A DNA stretch of 63,519 nucleotides, the filler included, from Candidatus Desantisbacteria bacterium CG1_02_49_89 (GTDB taxonomy: Bacteria > Desantisbacteria > UBA1551): NCBI GenBank assembly GCA_001871075.1. It is 3 parts of 3 records of this genome, joined end to end, with 100 filler letters (N's around TTAATTAATTAA, not from the genome) between each part and the next. Parts side by side here need not be neighbours in the genome. Positions count along the whole stretch, not along the records: positions 24,389 to 46,809 come from MNUP01000104.1; 2 more parts are not named here. One strand, given 5' to 3'. The translations under genes and the position numbers were made by a program. Each line of letters begins with the position of its first letter. The stretch's first letter is position 1. Below the pieces are notes generated by a model, which had not been told where the DNA came from, made no database searches, and saw only the letters and a list, made by a program, of their open reading frames with translations. Positions 37,506 to 46,909 of this stretch are shown here, piece by piece.

Positions 37506-40013
37506 ATGAAAGCGATGGTTCTTGCCGGTGGTTTCGGAACAAGGCTCAGGCCGCTGACCTCCACCATACCAAAACCTTTGGTCCCTGTTCTGAACAAGCC
37601 CATAATGGCCCACACGGTGGAGCTTCTGCGCAGGTATGGTTTTAAAGACATTATTATGCTGCTTTTTTACCAGGGCGAGCTGATAAGGGATTATTTCAGG
37701 GACGGCAAAGACTGGGGCGTCAAGATCTCCTACATAGAAGAGGAGGAGGACCTGGGCACGGCGGGCTGCATAAAACTTGCCCGGGAATTACTGAATGAAC
37801 CGTTCCTTGTGATAAGCGGCGACATACTCACGGATTTCGATCTCTCCGAAATAATGGATTTTCATAAAAGCAAGAAGTCTTTTCTTACCATAACGCTGAC
37901 CAGGGTGAAGAATCCCCTCGAATACGGGATCGTCATTACAAAAGATGACGGCAGGATAGACAGGTTACTCGAAAAGCCCGGCTGGGGCGAAGTGTTCAGC
38001 GACACGATAAACACCGGGATATACGTCCTGCAGCCCGGGGTGCTGAACCACATACCCGACAAGAAAGAATTTGATTTCAGCAAGGACCTTTTTCCGCTCC
38101 TGATGGAAAATAAGCTGCCGCTTTACGGCTTCATATCCAGCGGTTACTGGAGGGATATTGGCAGTATTTCCGAATACAGCCTTGCGCATTACGAGGCGCT
38201 TAGAAAAGAGGTAAGGCTGGACCTTCCCGGGGAAAAAATGCGCGAGGGTAACGTCTGGATAGGAAGCGAAACTACCGTGGAGGCGGGAGCCATATTCAAG
38301 GGGACCGTTGTAGCCGGTGACAACTGCGTGATAAAAAGCGGGGTTGAAATCAGGGATTCGGTTGTGGGCGATAACTGCGTGATAGAGGAAGGCGCGGTCG
38401 TCAACAGGTGCATAATCTGGAACGGCACGATACTGGGGAAGAACTCGCATTTTAAAGAGAATATTATCGGAAAAAACTGCAAGATAGGCAGCAAGGTTTT
38501 TATGGAGGAGGGCGCGGTCGTTGCCGATGACTGCAGGATAGGGGACCAGAGCCTTATAAGGCAGTCTGTCAAGATATGGCCGCACAAGATCGTTGAGAAA
38601 GAGGCGATAGTCTCGACCAGCCTTGTCTGGGGCGAGAAATGGTCCAAGTCGCTTTTCGGCATCTACGGCGTGACAGGCCTGTCCAACATAGAGATAACGC
38701 CTGAATTCTCGGCAAAGCTCGGAGCCTCATACGGCGCTTCCCTTAAGAAAGGCTCGGCGGTCATTACCAGCCGGGACAGCCACCGTTCATCCAGGATGAT
38801 AAAGCGCTCTTTTATTTCCGGCCTCCTTTCCACGGGCGTGAACGTGGATGATATCAGGGATATGCCGGTGCCGGTCGTAAGGTACATAATGCGCACTTCC
38901 GGCGAATACGCGGGGGGGATACACGTGCGCATGTCTCCCTATGACCCCAAGCTGATGGATGTCAAGTTCCTGGAGCCTTCCGGCATGGATATTTCCTCGG
39001 GAAAGGAAAAAGCGATCGAAAGGCTTTTTTTCCGCGAGGATTTCCGAAGGGCAAGCAGCGAGGAAACCGGAAGCCTTGAGGTCCCTTCACGCGTCATAGA
39101 GTATTACAGGGAAGGTTTCCTTTCGAAGCTGGACACAGGCCTGATAAAAAAGAGGAAATTCAAGATAGTGGTGGATTACGCTTTTTCCAGCGCGGGAAGC
39201 GTTTTTTCTTCGATGCTCGGTGAGCTCGGATGCGAGGTTATCGCGCTGAACGCCTACGTGGATGACAGGAAGACGGCGAAAACCGCCGAGGAATTCGAAA
39301 ATTCCCTGAACCAGCTTTCTAATATCGTGGTCACGCTCAAGGCGGATATAGGTTTCATGTTCGACGCGGGCGCCGAGAAGGTCTTCCTGGTGGATGAGGG
39401 GGGGAAGGTCCTGTCAGGCGATCTTTCGCTCGCGCTGGTCAGCAGGCTCGTGATGGAGACCTATACGAAACCCGCGATAGCCGTGCCTGTCACAGCGTCG
39501 CATATCATTGAAGAAATGGGCAGGGAATACGGCGCTACCGTGGTGCGCACGAAAACCAATTCACACTCCATGATGGCGGCAGGGAGCACGAAGGAAATAA
39601 GTTTTATCGGCGAGATAAAGGGCGGGTATATATTTCCCGAATTCCAGCCGGCTTTCGACACCATGTTTTCGCTGGGCAAGATACTTGAAATGCTTGCCAG
39701 GACCGGGGGAATGCCCGGCAGGTTTGTTTCCGAGATCCCCAGGATCTCGATGGTCAGGGAGCATGTGTTCTGCCCCTGGGAGCTCAAGGGCAGGATAATG
39801 CGCCTGCTCATAGAGGAAACAAAGAACAGGAAAAGGGACCTTATAGAAGGCATCAAGATATACGAGGGTGAAAGCCTTGGTATACCATGGGTCATAATCC
39901 TGCCTGATGAGGACAGAGCCCTTTTTCACGTTAACGCGGAAGCCAAGACGACCGAGGAAGCAAAAGAGCTGACGCAGAAATATATAGCCAAGATAAAAGA
40001 ATGGCAGAGGTAG
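37506..40013 (+). CDS. Mannose-1-phosphate guanylyltransferase / phosphomannomutase fusion
   Basis: LAGGFGTRLRPLT, LbH hexapeptide region, PGM/PMM-like C-terminal half. Confidence 0.9.
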   Translation: MKAMVLAGGFGTRLRPLTSTIPKPLVPVLNKPIMAHTVELLRRYGFKDIIMLLFYQGELIRDYFRDGKDWGVKISYIEEEEDLGTAGCIKLARELLNEPFLVISGDILTDFDLSEIMDFHKSKKSFLTITLTRVKNPLEYGIVITKDDGRIDRLLEKPGWGEVFSDTINTGIYVLQPGVLNHIPDKKEFDFSKDLFPLLMENKLPLYGFISSGYWRDIGSISEYSLAHYEALRKEVRLDLPGEKMREGNVWIGSETTVEAGAIFKGTVVAGDNCVIKSGVEIRDSVVGDNCVIEEGAVVNRCIIWNGTILGKNSHFKENIIGKNCKIGSKVFMEEGAVVADDCRIGDQSLIRQSVKIWPHKIVEKEAIVSTSLVWGEKWSKSLFGIYGVTGLSNIEITPEFSAKLGASYGASLKKGSAVITSRDSHRSSRMIKRSFISGLLSTGVNVDDIRDMPVPVVRYIMRTSGEYAGGIHVRMSPYDPKLMDVKFLEPSGMDISSGKEKAIERLFFREDFRRASSEETGSLEVPSRVIEYYREGFLSKLDTGLIKKRKFKIVVDYAFSSAGSVFSSMLGELGCEVIALNAYVDDRKTAKTAEEFENSLNQLSNIVVTLKADIGFMFDAGAEKVFLVDEGGKVLSGDLSLALVSRLVMETYTKPAIAVPVTASHIIEEMGREYGATVVRTKTNSHSMMAAGSTKEISFIGEIKGGYIFPEFQPAFDTMFSLGKILEMLARTGGMPGRFVSEIPRISMVREHVFCPWELKGRIMRLLIEETKNRKRDLIEGIKIYEGESLGIPWVIILPDEDRALFHVNAEAKTTEEAKELTQKYIAKIKEWQR

Positions 40014-40018
40014 GCACG

Positions 40019-40930
40019 ATGGAGGATCTGAGGTACGCAAGCGCTGTTGCAAGGATAAGGGTCCTGGAAAAATCCCTTCTGTCCGGGGAAAAGATCCGGA
40101 GGATGGAGGACGCGCCCGATGTTCCGGGGGCCTGGCAGGAAACAAAGGGCTGGGGCCTGAAGGAGACAGGGGATATAAACGCCGGCGATGCCGGGGAAAT
40201 AAACGCGTTCCTTTTAAGCGAGCTCAGGTATACCAGGGACCTTGTTCTTTCCTTGGCGCTGGAAAAGAACATTGCGGAGCTGTTTTTTATCAAATATGAC
40301 CTGCAGAACATCAGGGCGGCGCTTAAAGGCATGGGTGACGAAGGTATTTCTGATATCGGGACGGTTCCCGCGCGGAAAATAAAATCAGCCATGGAAAGCA
40401 GCGATTTTACCGGCCTGCGCCCGATGCTGAGAAAAATAATGAGCGCGAGGATAGAAGAGCTGCGAGCGGAGCCCGAAAATGCGGGCGCGGTGCTCGATGC
40501 CGATGCATACAGGCTGAGCATGGAAGAGATAAACGGAACCGAGTTCCCGTCCAGGGAATTTGTCAGGGAGGTTTTCCGCACCGAGATCGATATCCACAAT
40601 CTCAGGAGCCTTGCCAGGAGCAGGAGGCTTTCGAGGAAAGCCGATTTTTTTTCCAGGATAGCCCTGGATGGCGGCACGCTGGAAAAGAAATTTCTGGTTG
40701 ACAGGTATGAGTCGGAAACGGGCGGCCTGGATAGCATGGTGAGTTCCAGGCTGCAGGAATCCAGCGCGAGGCTGAAGAAATTATATGAGTCCAGCATGTA
40801 CACGGCTTTCGGTTTTGAACCGGTAATAACATATTTAAAAATGAGGGAAAGGGACGCCAGGCTTATCAGGGGAATAATGCTGTCAAAAATTTACGGAGAA
40901 CAGCTGGATACGGCAGACTATATGGTTTAG
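40019..40930 (+). CDS. V/A-type ATPase subunit C-like
   Basis: YASAVARIRVLEKSLL, KYDLQNIR, EIDIHNL, FGFEPVITYL. Confidence 0.75.
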   Translation: MEDLRYASAVARIRVLEKSLLSGEKIRRMEDAPDVPGAWQETKGWGLKETGDINAGDAGEINAFLLSELRYTRDLVLSLALEKNIAELFFIKYDLQNIRAALKGMGDEGISDIGTVPARKIKSAMESSDFTGLRPMLRKIMSARIEELRAEPENAGAVLDADAYRLSMEEINGTEFPSREFVREVFRTEIDIHNLRSLARSRRLSRKADFFSRIALDGGTLEKKFLVDRYESETGGLDSMVSSRLQESSARLKKLYESSMYTAFGFEPVITYLKMRERDARLIRGIMLSKIYGEQLDTADYMV

Positions 40931-41193
40931 GCCATAGCAGGCCAAGCCAATTATGAGTTATGAATTATGCCCCAAAGGGATCCCTTCGGGAAATTATGAA
41001 TCAACAACAAGGAATTTTATTTAAACAAGGAGTGTTCCCGCCCAAAAGATTGGCGGGTCCGCCAATTAGTGTGGCGGAAACCTGTGGTTAAAAGAGAAGT
41101 TTACATGGTTTGCATAGTTTAAAGAGTTTCCAGGTCAAGATAATTAGTGGAAATTAGTGGAAATTCGTGGTTAGGTGGTTAGGGGGATTTACG

Positions 41194-41505
41194 ATGGAGG
41201 AGATAGCAGCGGTTGGGCCTGATGCCGGAGTTCTCGGTTTTGCCGCGTGCGGGATAAAGGTCTTCCCGGTAAAAAACGCGGAAGAGGCCGCAGGCATAAT
41301 AAAAAAAATTATTGGAAAGTATGCCATTATACTTGTGAGCGAAACATTTATCGATGAGTTGAAAAAAAACATAAGGGATGTCGAAACAGGCGGATCGTCC
41401 ATGATACTGCCCTTGCCAATGCTCGGTAGGTCTTCGGGAAAGGCAAAGGAAAGGATCGAAAGGTTCATCAGGGGGGCGATAGGCATCCCGGGGCAATCAG
41501 TCTAA
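41194..41505 (+). CDS. V/A-type ATPase subunit F-like
   Basis: IAAVG...VLGF...GI; YAIILVSE; IRGAIG. Confidence 0.8.
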   Translation: MEEIAAVGPDAGVLGFAACGIKVFPVKNAEEAAGIIKKIIGKYAIILVSETFIDELKKNIRDVETGGSSMILPLPMLGRSSGKAKERIERFIRGAIGIPGQSV

Positions 41506-41529
41506 AATGAATATTTTCTTGCTTTTTAC

Positions 41530-41557
41530 TTGCATTTTAATAAAAAGATGGTATAAT
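41530..41557 (+). promoter_or_regulatory. sigma70 promoter for the small ORF
   Basis: TTGCAT-16nt-TATAAT with extended -10 TG. Confidence 0.6.
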
Positions 41558-41609
41558 ACAATGAGTGGAAAGGAAACTTTCCAAGTCTTAAAATACGGGG
41601 GTAATGGAA

Positions 41610-41732
41610 ATGGGCAAGGTTATTTTAAAGAATGCCGTAAAAAGAGAAAAGGGATGCATGTATTATGTGGATGGCAAGGGAAATCTTTGCGAAGCAAAGA
41701 TGGCAAAAGGCGGGAAGAGGAAAAAGAAATAA
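41610..41732 (+). CDS. Small basic protein (40 aa), absent from the ORF track
   Basis: MGKVILKNAVKREKGCMYYVDGKGNLCEAKMAKGGKRKKK; GGGGG SD-like site, own promoter and terminator. Confidence 0.7.
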   Translation: MGKVILKNAVKREKGCMYYVDGKGNLCEAKMAKGGKRKKK

Positions 41733-41761
41733 CCGTTAGTTCTGTTTTATTAACTTTCCTG

Positions 41762-41801
41762 AATAGGGTTGGCGCGTCCTGTGCCAACCCTATTTTTGTT
41801 T
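41762..41801 (+). terminator. Rho-independent terminator
   Basis: AATAGGGTTGGC...GCCAACCCTATT followed by T-run. Confidence 0.8.
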
Positions 41802-41876
41802 AAATATGATTACACGGATTTTAAAAATGATTCCTCAGATTAAAAATATCCTGGAATCTGTGTAATCGGTGGAAAC

Positions 41877-42359
41877 ATGGGATGGCTTGATTTTGCGGTT
41901 TTGGGCGTTTTGATAGCAAGTATTGTCCTGGGGCTTAAAAGAGGCCTTGTAAGGGAAATAATTTCGCTTGCCGGCATAATAACGGGGCTTGTTATCGCGA
42001 GCCGTTTTTATAAAAACTTTACGTTCTTTGGAAATACCTTTAAAAACCCGGTCCTGGGAAGGACAATTTCATTCCTGCTGATCTTTGCCGGGATCGCGGC
42101 TGTATTCGGCATAATAGGCATGCTGGTGCATAAATTCGTAAAAGCAGGCGGCCTGGGTATGCTTGACCACCTGGGAGGGTTTATATTCGGATTTTTAAAG
42201 GGTGTATCGGTTACGGGGATCATCCTGTTCCTGCTCTCAAAATTTGTGTTTTTCCAGAAATTAATGGATAAATCACCTGTAGCATCAGCCATCCTGAGGG
42301 TTTTTAGAAATATACTTTACCTTATATGGAGCAAACCGGAGACAACGGAATACATATAG
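41877..42359 (+). CDS. cvpA: CvpA family membrane protein
   Basis: WLD...GLKRGLVREIISL; LDHLGGFIFG. Confidence 0.88.
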   Translation: MGWLDFAVLGVLIASIVLGLKRGLVREIISLAGIITGLVIASRFYKNFTFFGNTFKNPVLGRTISFLLIFAGIAAVFGIIGMLVHKFVKAGGLGMLDHLGGFIFGFLKGVSVTGIILFLLSKFVFFQKLMDKSPVASAILRVFRNILYLIWSKPETTEYI

Positions 42360-42404
42360 CAGGATGACATTTCAAATTTCAAAATGCAAATTGCAAAATT
42401 TAAA

Positions 42405-43763
42405 ATGAAAAGAAATATACTTTTGGTGCTCCTTTTTGTTATGGTATGCGGTGCTTCCGGCGCGGCAGACGTGAAATATCTCAGGCTGGACAACGGAATG
42501 ACCGTGATACTGAAGGAAGACCACAAGATACCGGCTCTGGCGATCCAGCTGTGGGTAAGGTGCGGTTCGAAAGACGAAGAAGAAACGATGGGCGGCATTT
42601 CGCATTTCCTGGAGCATATGGCATTCAAGGGGACCGAGAAGTACGCCGTAAATGAAATTCACAGAGAGGTTGAGAAGAGGGGCGGGGACATAAACGCCGG
42701 CACTTCCAGGGATTTTACCTATTATTACATTATCCTGCCCGGCAGCTTGTTATCCTATATGGGCGAAACTCAGGCGCAGGGCCGGGAGAAGGCCGGGAAT
42801 TCAAGCCTGCGCACCGGGCTCGATATCATATACCAGGTTTCTATGAAGTCTGTTTTCGCGGATGAAGAGATCGAGAAGGAAAAGCTTGTGGTCCTCGAGG
42901 AGATAAAACGCAAGTACGATGACCCGCAGGGTTACCTGTGGGACCTTTTCAATCAGGCGGTTTACGCCGGTTCTCCGTACGCGCACCCGGTACTCGGGAC
43001 CGAAGTATCCGTTGGGAATTTCACTTCCGGGAACGTTGCGGATTATTTCAGGGAGCATTATACCCCGCGGAATTTCATTCTTGTGCTCGCAGGTGATTTT
43101 AAGACCGGTGAAGCCGCGGGTATTATCAGGGAGCTTTTCGGAAAAGAGAAGGGCGGCCCGGTCTTTCCGGCGGCCCATGTTTCTCTTCCCCGGCAGCGGG
43201 AAAACCCGGAAGAAGTAAAGGCCGAAAGGAACATGATGCAGGCTTACCTGATAACAGGGATGCTCGGTCCCGCCGGCGCTGACCAGGATGCTTACGCCAT
43301 GGACGTTCTGGTCTACATACTCGGAAAAGGCAGGGCTTCAAGGCTTCACAGGATACTGAGGGAACGCAGGGAACTTGTCTGGGATATCGACTGTTCTTTT
43401 ATAACGCAGGCGGGAATGGGGCCGTTCTACGTGTATGTGGAATGCGATCCGCAGAAGATCCCCGAAGCGCGCGAAGAAATAAAGAACCAGCTGGACAGGT
43501 TTTCAGTGGAACAGGTGACTGAAGAGGAGATACGCAGGTCAAAAGCCCTTATAGAAAGCGAATACCTGCTGGGAACCGAATCAAACCAGGGTTTTGCTTT
43601 TAACCTGGGATACTACGAGCTCATAGGTTCCTACAGGTGGGGGCTTGACTATCTGAAGAATATCATGAAGGTGACAAGCGGAGACATATTGCGGGTAGCC
43701 CGGAAATACATTGCAACGGAACGGTCCTTATGCGTAATGGTTGTTCCTTCTTCTGCGCAGTAG
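42405..43763 (+). CDS. M16B zinc peptidase, catalytic subunit
   Basis: LDNGM, HFLEHMAFKGT (HxxEH), SRLHRILRE. Confidence 0.92.
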   Translation: MKRNILLVLLFVMVCGASGAADVKYLRLDNGMTVILKEDHKIPALAIQLWVRCGSKDEEETMGGISHFLEHMAFKGTEKYAVNEIHREVEKRGGDINAGTSRDFTYYYIILPGSLLSYMGETQAQGREKAGNSSLRTGLDIIYQVSMKSVFADEEIEKEKLVVLEEIKRKYDDPQGYLWDLFNQAVYAGSPYAHPVLGTEVSVGNFTSGNVADYFREHYTPRNFILVLAGDFKTGEAAGIIRELFGKEKGGPVFPAAHVSLPRQRENPEEVKAERNMMQAYLITGMLGPAGADQDAYAMDVLVYILGKGRASRLHRILRERRELVWDIDCSFITQAGMGPFYVYVECDPQKIPEAREEIKNQLDRFSVEQVTEEEIRRSKALIESEYLLGTESNQGFAFNLGYYELIGSYRWGLDYLKNIMKVTSGDILRVARKYIATERSLCVMVVPSSAQ

Positions 43764-45025
43764 TAGTAATATTGCTTGGTTTTTCCGCACCTGTTCTTTC
43801 TGCCGACAAGTATATAACGAATAACGGCATTACGGTTATATACCAGCAGGATAAATCAAGCCTTATGACGCATGCCGTGGCTTTCATAAAAGGCGGCAAC
43901 TGCGAAGAGAAAAAAGGGCAGGTGGGCATAACGACCTTCCTCCAGAGGATGCTTCTCAAGGGGACGGACGGCCGCAGCGCCGATCAGATAGCCGAGGGAA
44001 TAGAATCGCTGGGCGGCTCGCTGGGGGCCGATCTTTCAAATGATTTCCTGCAGATCTCGCTTACGGTGCCGACAAGGTATTTCAGGGAAGGGTTCGGCAT
44101 CTTCGCGGACGTGATAAGAAACCCGGCCTTCCCCGAGAACGAGGTTGAAAAGGAGAGGAAGGTATTGCTTGCGGATATCAAGGCGCGCTACGACGAGATA
44201 TTCCCTTACACCTACGACTATTTTCTTATGACGATGTACGAAACCCTCCCGTACGGCAACCTGATCCTTGGCGACAGGGAAGATGTCCGCGCGCTTACCA
44301 GGCAGGATATAATACAGTATTATTCCGGGTTCTGCGCCCCCAACAATATCGTGCTGGTTGTCCTGACGGGAATACCCGTTACGGATATCAAAAAAAGGAT
44401 TGACGCGGAATTCGGGGATATGCTGCCGCGCGACAGGAACTGGGCGGGCAGCTGGGAAGTGCCGGAACGCGGCGAACCTGCCAGGATCACCGCGGGCAGG
44501 GGTTTCAAGCAGGCATTCCTTATGGTCGGTTTCGCGGCGCCGGAGGTCAGCTCAGATGATTACCCGGTGATGAAACTGGTCAATAATATCATAGGTGAAG
44601 GCGGCAGCTCCAGGGCATTTGTCCGGCTCAGGGAAAAAGAGGGCCTGGCGTATGAGGTCGGCTCTTTTTATCCTTCAAGGAAGAATACAAGCCATTTTGT
44701 TGTCTATATGGGCCTTGCCCCGGAAAATATCTCTAAGTCCAGGGAAGAGATCCTTGATATCCTGGATTCGGTTTCAACGCTCTCGGATGACGAGCTCAGT
44801 GACGCTAAATCATACCTTATCGGCAAATTCATACTGGACCACGAGAGCCCGCAAAGGCGCGCGTGGTACCTGGGCTGGTACGAGATAATGGGGAAAGGGT
44901 ACGGGTATGACGAAAAATACCCGCAGGAGATAGCCGGCGTGAAAAAAGAGGATATAGAAAAGGCAGCCGCGGCATATTTCGGGAAAGACAACTGGGTATG
45001 CGTTGAGGTAGTGCCGCAGAAATAA
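43730..45025 (+). CDS. M16B peptidase, non-catalytic partner
   Basis: M16 fold without HxxEH (TFLQRM); SSRAFVRLREKEGLAY. Confidence 0.88.
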   Translation: MRNGCSFFCAVVVILLGFSAPVLSADKYITNNGITVIYQQDKSSLMTHAVAFIKGGNCEEKKGQVGITTFLQRMLLKGTDGRSADQIAEGIESLGGSLGADLSNDFLQISLTVPTRYFREGFGIFADVIRNPAFPENEVEKERKVLLADIKARYDEIFPYTYDYFLMTMYETLPYGNLILGDREDVRALTRQDIIQYYSGFCAPNNIVLVVLTGIPVTDIKKRIDAEFGDMLPRDRNWAGSWEVPERGEPARITAGRGFKQAFLMVGFAAPEVSSDDYPVMKLVNNIIGEGGSSRAFVRLREKEGLAYEVGSFYPSRKNTSHFVVYMGLAPENISKSREEILDILDSVSTLSDDELSDAKSYLIGKFILDHESPQRRAWYLGWYEIMGKGYGYDEKYPQEIAGVKKEDIEKAAAAYFGKDNWVCVEVVPQK

Positions 45026-45175
45026 AAAATGAACCACAGTTCAATAGCTCAATTGCTTCCCTGCAGGCCCTTATGGCCTAACGCAGGGATTTCACTCCCA
45101 GTTCAACAATAGTTCAATAGTTCAAGGAATCCTCTGTGTCCTCTGTGGTTAGAAGTATGTTGGATAGGGATCTCA

Positions 45176-45913
45176 ATGGATAAAATAGAAAGACTGCTGA
45201 AAAAAATAAGGGCGAAAAAACTGGGCGTAAAAAAAGCGATGGAGGAACTGAAGCTGCTTCCTTACGAGGATATCGGTTTTGCGAAGATCGACCATCACAG
45301 GAAGCTGAGGAAGGGCGTGCCGGAGGTTGTTTTCTGCCCCGGGAAAAAACCGGAGCATATAGCGCTAATTATGTCGAAGATCCTCAGGTATACCGATACC
45401 GTGCTTGCCACCAGGGCTTCTCCGGATATTTTCAAGCTCGTCCAAGGCAGTATACCTGACGCGATCTACTTTGAGGACGCCGGGATAGTGGCAGTATGCA
45501 GGGGCAAAAAAGCGCGGAAACGCGGCAGGGTCCTTGTAGTGAGCGCCGGTTCAGGCGATTTCCGCGCTGCCGAGGAGGCAGCGGTTGTCCTTGAGCTTCT
45601 GGGGAACAGGGTTGATCGCCTCTACGACGTGGGGGTCGCGGGCCTGCACAGGCTGATATCAAACAAGGACAAGCTCAGTAAAGCGAATGTTATTATTGTC
45701 CTGGCAGGTATGGAGGGAGCGCTGGCAAGCGTTGTGGGCGGGCTTACAGACAAACCGGTCATAGCGGTTCCCACAAGCATAGGGTACGGGGCAAGCTTCA
45801 GGGGCATCGCGCCCCTGCTCACAATGCTTAACTGCTGCGCGCCCGGGGTTACGGTTGTGAACATTGACAACGGGTTCGGCGCGGGCTATTTCGCGCACCT
45901 TATAAATAAATAA
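45176..45913 (+). CDS. larB: Nickel pincer cofactor biosynthesis protein LarB
   Basis: AKIDHHR, DVGVAGLHRL, AGMEGAL, VPTSIGYG, VNIDNGFGA. Confidence 0.93.
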   Translation: MDKIERLLKKIRAKKLGVKKAMEELKLLPYEDIGFAKIDHHRKLRKGVPEVVFCPGKKPEHIALIMSKILRYTDTVLATRASPDIFKLVQGSIPDAIYFEDAGIVAVCRGKKARKRGRVLVVSAGSGDFRAAEEAAVVLELLGNRVDRLYDVGVAGLHRLISNKDKLSKANVIIVLAGMEGALASVVGGLTDKPVIAVPTSIGYGASFRGIAPLLTMLNCCAPGVTVVNIDNGFGAGYFAHLINK

Positions 45914-46030
45914 AAGCGTGTCAGAGTGTCAACGTATCAACGTGTCAAAGTAAATACATTTTCAGTAATTCTTTGTTGTTACGCTGATACGCTGATACAT
46001 TGATACGTTGATACGCAGTAAGGAAAAAGA

Positions 46031-46240
46031 ATGCGGGCCGTGGTCCAGAGGGTCAAGTGGGCGAAGGTATCCAGGATATCAGGCGAAAAAAGTGAACCGC
46101 TGGGTGAGATAGGCAAAGGCATGCTTATTTTCCTCGGGATAGGGAAGGGCGATAGCGCGTCCGATGCCCAGTACCTTGCGGACAAACTTTTAAACCTCAA
46201 CGACGGCCCCGTTACCTTTGTAATAGACTCTAAGCAATGA
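46031..46240 (+). pseudogene. dtd: D-aminoacyl-tRNA deacylase with large in-frame internal deletion
   Basis: MRAVVQRV...LADKLLNL fused directly to NDGPVT; SQFTL core absent. Confidence 0.85.
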
Positions 46241-46373
46241 AAGTTTTTGACACTGATCTGCACAGATATACACTGTTAAATCAGCGAAAATCAGTGTCTA
46301 ATACAAACGCATAAAATAACCTGATAGTGTCATTGCGAACGAACGAAATGAGTGTGGCAATCTCGTCGTTAAA

Positions 46374-46809
46374 ATGGGGGAGAGAGTGAAATCAATTAAA
46401 TATGCGGTATTTTTTCTACTCAGCGTGCTGATATTATCGCCTTGTTCCTCGCGCACCGCGCGCGCCGATACGCTCGCGCGGGACATATACAGAGAGGGCA
46501 TAACCGGTGCCAGCATAAGGGCAATGGGGATGGGCGGGGCTTTCATCCATATCGGGGACGAGAACCCCGCGTATTTCAATCCGGCCGCTCTTCTTGGTTC
46601 CAAGGACTGCAAAATGACCAATAATTCCGTTTTCCTTTTCAGTGACAAATTCAGCTTCGGTAATTCCTCGCTTGTCAGGGTAAATGAGAATATTTATTTT
46701 TCACTTTCCGTGGGCAATGACGTTGATATGCTGGAAGGGACCAGATACACGGTCCTGGGAGGATACGCGGTGCCTTTCGGAGAATCCACAACTTTCGGTT
46801 TCAATGTGA
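46374..46809 (+). CDS. PorV/FadL-like outer-membrane protein (3'-truncated by contig end)
   Basis: RAMGMGGAF...YFNPAAL. Confidence 0.65.
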
Positions 46810-46909
46810 NNNNNNNNNNNNNNNNNNNNNNNNNNNNNNNNNNNNNNNNNNNNTTAATTAATTAANNNNNNNNNNNNNNNNNNNNNNNNNNNNNNNNNNN
46901 NNNNNNNNN
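46810..46909. other. Artificial contig-joining spacer
   Basis: 44 N + TTAATTAATTAA + 44 N. Confidence 0.95.

Noticed and set aside
41507-41803. 98-aa ORF from the track
   Set aside because: It spans a promoter and terminator; the 40-aa ORF in another frame fits the signals better.
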